From an uncultured Verrucomicrobiae bacterium (GTDB taxonomy: Bacteria; Verrucomicrobiota; Verrucomicrobiia; Chthoniobacterales; JAATET01): a DNA stretch of 64,000 bases. The first letter of the stretch is position 1. Every line of letters starts with the position of its first letter. The stretch is from positions 128,001 through 192,000 of the forward strand of contig CAVRCI010000003.1 in NCBI GenBank assembly GCA_963719495.1. Reading direction: 5' to 3'. Positions 58,402-64,000 of the stretch are shown here, in pieces. Under the pieces are notes generated by a model. It did no database searches, had not been told where the DNA came from, and worked only from the letters and a program-made list of their open reading frames with translations. The translations under genes and the position numbers were made by a program.

Positions 58402-59655
58402 TCATGCGGCGAGGGGGAGCGTGTCGTTCTCAGCGGCGCGTGAGTTGAGGCGGTATTTCCAGAACGAGTTCGTTCTGCGGCTGGCATGGATGCACCGGAA
58501 GGCGAGGACTTTGTCCGCGCCAGGCTCGCCCCAGAACATGCCCGATTGCTTGCATCGCTTTCCGATGAGTGAGCGGCAGCCGGCTTCGACGACTCCGGAG
58601 CCGATGAAGTATTTTCTGGCCCGGAAGGTTCCGTATTGCATGCGCGGGATGTTGTTCACGAAGTAGCCCAAAGTGGTTTCCACCTGTGCCACATTGCCGC
58701 GAAGGAGGGCTTCCTGGCGCGCCTGCTTGATGATGCGCTCGACCCCGTCGTGAGCGAGGAGTTTTTTCCAGTGATGTCTGCGGCGCTTGTTGCGGGCCTG
58801 CTCCGCTTTGCCCCAGAGGGTTTCGATCAGGGTCTGGAGGTGTTCCATGGCGTGGTAGAAGTCCACGATTTGGACGGCATCCGGAAAGTAATCGTGCCCG
58901 AGCTTTTCCAAGCCGGGGGCTCCGTCGATGAGCAGGACGGTTTCCGGGGCCGAGAACAAGCCGCGCCGAATGGCCTCGCGACGCAGGCTGATTCCAAAGT
59001 CCGAGGGGCTCTGGAAGGCGGAGAGGTAGGTGGTGGAGTCGTGGTCGCGCAGGGGGCGACCTTGGTCATCTTCTTTGGTCTGGGTGAAGACGCAACCGAG
59101 CGTGGCCATGCGGGTTTTGGCTTTTGCGTCGGGGGCTTTGCCTTTGCGGCCAGCGAGCTCTTCCCGGCGCATGGGCACTCCGGTGGCGTCCGCGCTGACG
59201 TAGAGGATCCTGGCCTCGCAGGGGCCGGGGGCCGATTCTCGTTTTTGCCACGCCACGGCGCACTCGCCCGTGCGGCCAACCACACGCTGGATCTGGCGCT
59301 CGGAGACGGAGATGCCGCCAGTTTCCGCGAGGTGGAAGCAAGCCTGCTGGAAGCTGCTTTCATCCGCTCCCTCCAAGCAGATGAGCCGGGCCAGGGCGGG
59401 GGTGTAGGCCCCTTCCAGACCGAGGGCCGAATCGGCCGGGAAGTGGCCGCATTTTTTCCCGGGATGGTAGTAGTATTGGCGCAGCAGCGCGAAGGAGCCG
59501 AACATGCCCTGGACCATGAGAACCTCGCGCCCCTTGGCTTGTTCGCCGGGCTTGGGGAGGTAGGCCGCGTCAATGCGCTCGGCGGCTTGCTGCAGGAGCA
59601 TGGCCACCAGTTCGTTGGCTGGTTTGAAGATGGCTGTGCGCACGAGGACTTCCAA
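58402..59655 (-). CDS. ISKra4-like DDE transposase (OrfB; frame open up to the A9 run near 59760)
   Basis: SADATG, LIDGA, IVDFYHAMEHL, IGSGVVEAGC, RCKQSGMFW. Confidence 0.88.
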   Translation of the reverse strand: MEVLVRTAIFKPANELVAMLLQQAAERIDAAYLPKPGEQAKGREVLMVQGMFGSFALLRQYYYHPGKKCGHFPADSALGLEGAYTPALARLICLEGADESSFQQACFHLAETGGISVSERQIQRVVGRTGECAVAWQKRESAPGPCEARILYVSADATGVPMRREELAGRKGKAPDAKAKTRMATLGCVFTQTKEDDQGRPLRDHDSTTYLSAFQSPSDFGISLRREAIRRGLFSAPETVLLIDGAPGLEKLGHDYFPDAVQIVDFYHAMEHLQTLIETLWGKAEQARNKRRRHHWKKLLAHDGVERIIKQARQEALLRGNVAQVETTLGYFVNNIPRMQYGTFRARKYFIGSGVVEAGCRSLIGKRCKQSGMFWGEPGADKVLAFRCIHASRRTNSFWKYRLNSRAAENDTLPLAA

Positions 59656-59702
59656 CTCGGCGACGGCAGTTCCGGCTGGCTCTTTGCTGCGGAACGCGGC
59701 GA

Positions 59703-60044
59703 TCAGGTCTTGGATTTCCGCTTCCTGGGCGAGGCAGATGTTTGGGTCGGGCGTTTTTTTTTAGCCCCGGCCTTGCGATCCTGCCTGCTCTGCGCGGTGA
59801 TCAAGTCCGCATACTCGCCGACAAGAGACTGGAAGCGATGATGGGCATCAATGTTCTCCTGGGCTTGGGCCACCTGATCGGCCGGGACGTATTCGGTCAC
59901 GTTTCGCCCACCCTCCCTACGCTGGAGATTGAAGTAAGATCCGCTCTGGCCTTGACGGATCACCGAGAGCTTTCCTCGCTCCATGCGGTCGATGGCCGCG
60001 ATTTGATCAAGGATGGCACGAGGTGCGGTATTTGGGTTCATCAA
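59703..60044 (-). CDS. IS OrfA (DUF6788-like N-terminal part of the transposase)
   Basis: MERGKLS...GRNVTEYVP; contains an A9 slippery run overlapping the OrfB frame. Confidence 0.75.
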   Translation of the reverse strand: MMNPNTAPRAILDQIAAIDRMERGKLSVIRQGQSGSYFNLQRREGGRNVTEYVPADQVAQAQENIDAHHRFQSLVGEYADLITAQSRQDRKAGAKKKRPTQTSASPRKRKSKT

Positions 60045-60197
60045 TCAAACGTATATGTAAACGCATATACTTTGGCAGTAAAAATACCTCGCTTAAATGC
60101 TTTTTCAGAGATTTTTGTCCTGCACCCTCGCAAAAACCCGACCGCAATCCTGAGTTGCGGGAAATCCTGGTCACGGTAAGATCCGTCCCGCAACGCA

Positions 60198-60279
60198 GCT
60201 CGAGTGGCGAAATTGGCAGACGCGCCAGACTTAGGATCTGGTTCCGCAAGGAGTGTGGGTTCAAGTCCCTCCTCGAGCA
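60198..60279 (+). tRNA. tRNA-Leu (TAG)
   Basis: Acceptor stem GCTCGAG/CTCGAGC, anticodon arm CCAGA-CTTAGGA-TCTGG, long variable arm, GGTTCAAGTCC; CCA not encoded. Confidence 0.96.
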
Positions 60280-60788
60280 TTACTCTTAAAATACTCATTT
60301 TTAGAGGGATACGAGATACTCCCGAAAAACCCCCCCGGCGTTTAGAAGCGTTAAACGGCGTATAGAGTCGCTCGATTTCTTTCCCATTTCTTTCCCAAGA
60401 AATCGCTGAATTCTGGATGTTTCGACTGCTCTGATGAGCGAGCTTGAGGAAAATTCGGCGAGATTGCTGGGGGAAAGTCCGAGTCTCCAGGCTTGAGTAT
60501 CGTCAACCCACGGCGATTGGCTGCCTGCCTGAAGCTACGGGATGCGAGGAGTGGCACGCCCACCCAGCCCACACAGCTCCGTCACGGGTGCAGCATGTGA
60601 TCAGATCTGCCGTCGTCGAAAAACTTGGCGCAATCCGCTGGGATGCGCGGGACGACATTGCGACAACTCCAGATTTCGGTCCCCGGGGTGCGCGTATCGG
60701 ACTTCGACGTGGTCACTGACTTTGAAGCGTTGGCCGTAATTTCGCTCGAACGACTCCAATTCTGTGAGGCGATCAGTTGGACTGACGC

Positions 60789-61133
60789 CTACCGGCACCC
60801 GTTGTCCGGACAGACGGAAATGGTGAGGTCTCCGTGAGAGTATTTGCCGCCAGTGACAGTCTGCTCGAAAACATCACGGGCATTCTGTCCGATCTCCTCT
60901 GCTTCGATGATCGCTAGGGTTTCAGCCCGAGTGCGCATCTCCTTGTGGATCGAGCCCGAAACATTGGTAATGTCCACCGCGTAAAACGGTCCTCCAACTT
61001 CATCGATGTCGCAATCCAAGCGGAGCTTTTCAAGTAGCCCTTCAACATACGCAATCTCTCGTTTGTCGATGAGGCAACAGGTGATTTTCGTCGAACGTTC
61101 CGTGCTTTCGACAAAAACAGACAAGCGGTTCAT
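60789..61133 (-). CDS. Hypothetical protein
   Basis: 114-aa ATG ORF with protein-like composition; no recognised motif. Confidence 0.45.
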   Translation of the reverse strand: MNRLSVFVESTERSTKITCCLIDKREIAYVEGLLEKLRLDCDIDEVGGPFYAVDITNVSGSIHKEMRTRAETLAIIEAEEIGQNARDVFEQTVTGGKYSHGDLTISVCPDNGCR

Positions 61134-61345
61134 GGTTTCAAGATACGTTCAACCAAGACAGGACTACGACCCGACTCAAGAACAGATTCAGTTTTGCGGT
61201 CTATGCCGAGGATACGCCAAGTAACTCTTGATCAATCGGTTCCCGGTTCGAGCCTGGGGCGCACTTTTTTTCCTCCTGAGAGGCAACGATTTACGGGTCA
61301 AAACCCCGCTTACTCTAAAAAGTGTTCCGGATTTTGACCGGACAA

Positions 61346-62674
61346 TCACTGACCTTTCTCGCGAGCGCTTCGGCGGTCTTCTTTGATGCGGCGGCGCGCG
61401 AGCTGCAACGCGTAGTCTTCCAGGCCCCTCATGCCAGTCAGGCTACATGCGATGCGCTGAGCATTCTCAAGACGCTCTTGGTTGTCGCATGCGAACCCAG
61501 CGTCGTTCTCGATCTCGAACATTCGCTCAGCAAGTTCGTCAGTCTCGGGCGGCCTGATTTCGATCACGCTCCCCAATCGGTTGAGTAGCTCATCGGGCAA
61601 AATCTGAGCGTCTGAGAGGCGTTGAAATGTAACTGGCTCGAGCGCTTCAATTTCCTCCTTGATCAGCACCGGACCTGCACCAAGCTGAGTGCGATATACG
61701 TCTTGAAACGCGCCGGCGGCAACGAAATGGCTATTACGCAGAGCCGTAGTGTCGGCATCGGACCAGTCCGGCCAACGGTCAGCTCGGCCGTCCAGGAGGC
61801 TCATCACCTCGTCCCAAATACAGCGGAAATACCCCGCGTTTCCGTCGTTATTTCCCATCCGCACTTTGTCGATTTCATCGATCACAATTACGCTCGCGCC
61901 GTGGTCGCGTAGATGCCGGCGTATACGTTCGGCGGTGGGCGTCTCGCCCCTACCTCCATAGATCAACCAAGAACCAACCGTCGCACCGAACGACTTGAGC
62001 CCGGCCATCGCTGCAACCGTTTCCGCGACCCACGTTTTGCCGCTGCCCGACAGGCCGACCAGCAGCGCCGTAGTGCGTGGTTTGATGCCTCCAAACGTCC
62101 GTCCCAGGCGCTTTACAGCGATGAGGTAGGAGAGGTCTTTCATCGCCGCGCGCTGGGACTTGGTGCCGTCCGCAAATAGGTCTTTGATCGTCGGCGACGG
62201 CTCCGGGTCTGGTTGATTTACGGCAGATAACACAACGTCTGCATCGACGGCAAAAATCGGTGCCGACCACGTTCTCCAGCGGAGAAAGTGGTTGCGCGCG
62301 GGATAGCTCATGTTATCCGCTAAAAGCCACTGCAATCCACCCAGTAGGCTCGGGTCGACAGCGCCGAGACTGCGCAGTGAGTGCTCGAGTTCGCGGGGGT
62401 AGCTCGCGAGAAAAGCCACATTCGAAAGGTCTTCAATCGCGGCGGTCCACAGCTCTAGCGCGGCGTATCGATCGAGCGTCTCAAGGGCCATGCACCGTAG
62501 TCCAGTCTCCTGATGAGCATATGAGGCGACATCCTCTAGGTAGCCGGAATCGCGAGGCTTCGGGTGCTCTTTTCCCCATGCTCGAATGGCGTCAGACCAA
62601 CGTTGGAGCGATAAGATCGCGTCATTTCGATAGATCTCGGCGAGATTGATTAAGCGGAGCGGAGTTCGGATCAT
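61346..62674 (-). CDS. AAA+ ATPase, ClpX/HslU-like module with unknown N-terminal domain
   Basis: GLSGSGKT, IVIDEIDK, FVAAGAF, PDELLNRL. Confidence 0.8.
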   Translation of the reverse strand: MIRTPLRLINLAEIYRNDAILSLQRWSDAIRAWGKEHPKPRDSGYLEDVASYAHQETGLRCMALETLDRYAALELWTAAIEDLSNVAFLASYPRELEHSLRSLGAVDPSLLGGLQWLLADNMSYPARNHFLRWRTWSAPIFAVDADVVLSAVNQPDPEPSPTIKDLFADGTKSQRAAMKDLSYLIAVKRLGRTFGGIKPRTTALLVGLSGSGKTWVAETVAAMAGLKSFGATVGSWLIYGGRGETPTAERIRRHLRDHGASVIVIDEIDKVRMGNNDGNAGYFRCIWDEVMSLLDGRADRWPDWSDADTTALRNSHFVAAGAFQDVYRTQLGAGPVLIKEEIEALEPVTFQRLSDAQILPDELLNRLGSVIEIRPPETDELAERMFEIENDAGFACDNQERLENAQRIACSLTGMRGLEDYALQLARRRIKEDRRSAREKGQ

Positions 62675-62949
62675 TCTGACAAGATACGGACGCTGTCGTT
62701 TTCCCGAGATCGCGGCCCTCTCAGATGTCGGCTCCGGCGCTGAGACGAGGCGGGGCGATCAGATCAGGTTGTATCTGGCAGGCGTCCGCATGAGAGAACG
62801 CCACCTTTGTATTTTACACTATCAGTCGTGGTGGAAAATCGAAACCGAGATTGCCAGGATCAAGCGCCGCCTGAGCGTTTCTGGAAGAGTCGGAAAATTA
62901 TTTTAAATTATTTTCAAAAAGCTGTCGAGCGACTCAGTATCTATGAAGC

Positions 62950-63972
62950 ATGGATACACATCTATGCTTAGAAAATGATGGCCAGAAGCTCGTTAGAACG
63001 AATTTCTGGGAAGCGGCGCACAACGCTAAAGGCAACTTCTTTCTCTCGACCAACGCTGGTGCCATGCGATTGATCGTTCCCGATTGTCAACGCCATGTCG
63101 TGGACGAGATTCGTTACGTCGATACCGTCTACGTCACTCGTGGACCGCATTATACGGCTCCATCTGAGATCGGGATTGAGCTGTTATTTGAAGACGAATC
63201 TCCGATGCCGTATGTCCTCCAGATGCACGTTTCCGACTTGGATCGACTATTTCCAAAATCAGAAGCCGGCCAGAAAATCCCTTTTACGGTTTGGGTCAAT
63301 GGGAAACGGGGGAAAGCCAAGCAAGTATTGTCAATGCGAGCCCATCTTGGCTGCGCAAGCTTGCAGCTTCCAACAATTGGAACGCCTTCGACCGAGGCAG
63401 CAACAACCAGTTCTGATTCGATTCCACAGAAAGTCTTGAGTTTCGAGCACTACACACTCCAAACTGGACACACCTATAAGTCGCCCCGTCAGGAGTGTCC
63501 GGACATCGCCTTGGAAACCATCGATTCGATATTATTAGAAGCTCGACTCTCAGGCTCCTATGTTCCCGCGTTGACCGAGGGCAACGAGCAATTGTATTTG
63601 AAGGAAATCATACTGGATGCAGGTTTCGCCCTATCAACCGCGTATGCTTCGAAAGTGGGGGAATCTGAGATCGTTCCGCTTGCGACATGGATTACAAATT
63701 GGAACAAAACCACGGAAGATAAGGCGTGGCAGACTACCTTGAAGCTCATCGATATCGTCAGCTCGGACGATCAATCAGATGCCTCTGCGATAAAGCGCTT
63801 CCCAATCCCAGTCCGCGCCCCACTACAGAAGCCGAAAACGAGTCCCTGGTGCGCGGTATGCTTGATGCCGCACATGGCTCGGTTTCAAAAGCTGTTGCCA
63901 ATGCTAGGTGATTTCGAGCGCGTTGTAACTTGGGCTCAATTGAAGAGCGCTGGCTTGGACATCACGCTTTAG
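62950..63972 (+). CDS. Hypothetical protein, probably two domains
   Basis: 340-aa ORF; S/T-rich linker TPSTEAATTSSDS separates two globular halves. Confidence 0.7.
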   Translation: MDTHLCLENDGQKLVRTNFWEAAHNAKGNFFLSTNAGAMRLIVPDCQRHVVDEIRYVDTVYVTRGPHYTAPSEIGIELLFEDESPMPYVLQMHVSDLDRLFPKSEAGQKIPFTVWVNGKRGKAKQVLSMRAHLGCASLQLPTIGTPSTEAATTSSDSIPQKVLSFEHYTLQTGHTYKSPRQECPDIALETIDSILLEARLSGSYVPALTEGNEQLYLKEIILDAGFALSTAYASKVGESEIVPLATWITNWNKTTEDKAWQTTLKLIDIVSSDDQSDASAIKRFPIPVRAPLQKPKTSPWCAVCLMPHMARFQKLLPMLGDFERVVTWAQLKSAGLDITL

Positions 63973-64000
63973 AGCAGTCCAGACGGACCCGCTTCCGAGA

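Larger units (their letters stand above)
58378..60127 (-). mobile_element. Insertion sequence, ISKra4-like, intact
   Basis: Perfect 19-bp terminal IRs GGGTGCAGGACAAAAATCT; 9-bp direct repeat TCGCAAAAA at 58369-58377 and 60128-60136. Confidence 0.93.
60280..64000. mobile_element. Start of a probable genomic island at tRNA-Leu (continues past the window)
   Basis: Abrupt GC drop, loss of host C-rich skew, only hypothetical or ATPase genes, tandem 11-bp repeat near the tRNA. Confidence 0.7.

Noticed and set aside
60351..60837. Short ORFs right after the tRNA as integrase remnants
   Set aside because: No tyrosine or serine recombinase motifs in the listed frames

Overview
A GC-rich bacterial chromosomal window; gene content (DUF1800/DUF1501 pair, PGNLR-type EF-P, short RpoD paralogue, tandem NDK) suggests Verrucomicrobiota/PVC, which is an inference. 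Positions 1-58.3 kb are mostly core and envelope genes: trpS, hpt, kdsD, efp, ndk, aspC, tamB-tamA, ribH-nusB-ftsY, thiE, accBC, mlaEFDCA, xseA, pssA, metG, lpxL and a desaturase. Several secreted proteins, an ECF sigma/anti-sigma pair, a VapC-type toxin-antitoxin module and many short intergenic repeats are interspersed. An intact ISKra4-like element (58378-60127; 19-bp IRs, 9-bp target duplication, -1 frameshift site) precedes tRNA-Leu(TAG), after which a lower-GC island begins. The best leads are: (1) two unrelated secreted proteins share a very basic ~95-aa C-terminal domain, a candidate sorting or surface-anchoring signal; (2) TrpRS has both class I signature motifs altered (HLGR, KMSAS); (3) metG has a compositionally foreign patch in its anticodon-binding domain; (4) a sigma54-type promoter plus terminator outlines a candidate ~60-nt sRNA; (5) heptamer arrays lie just before start codons and inside CDSs; (6) a 90-bp repeat shows compensatory base changes. 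All family calls come from motif recognition, not database searches.
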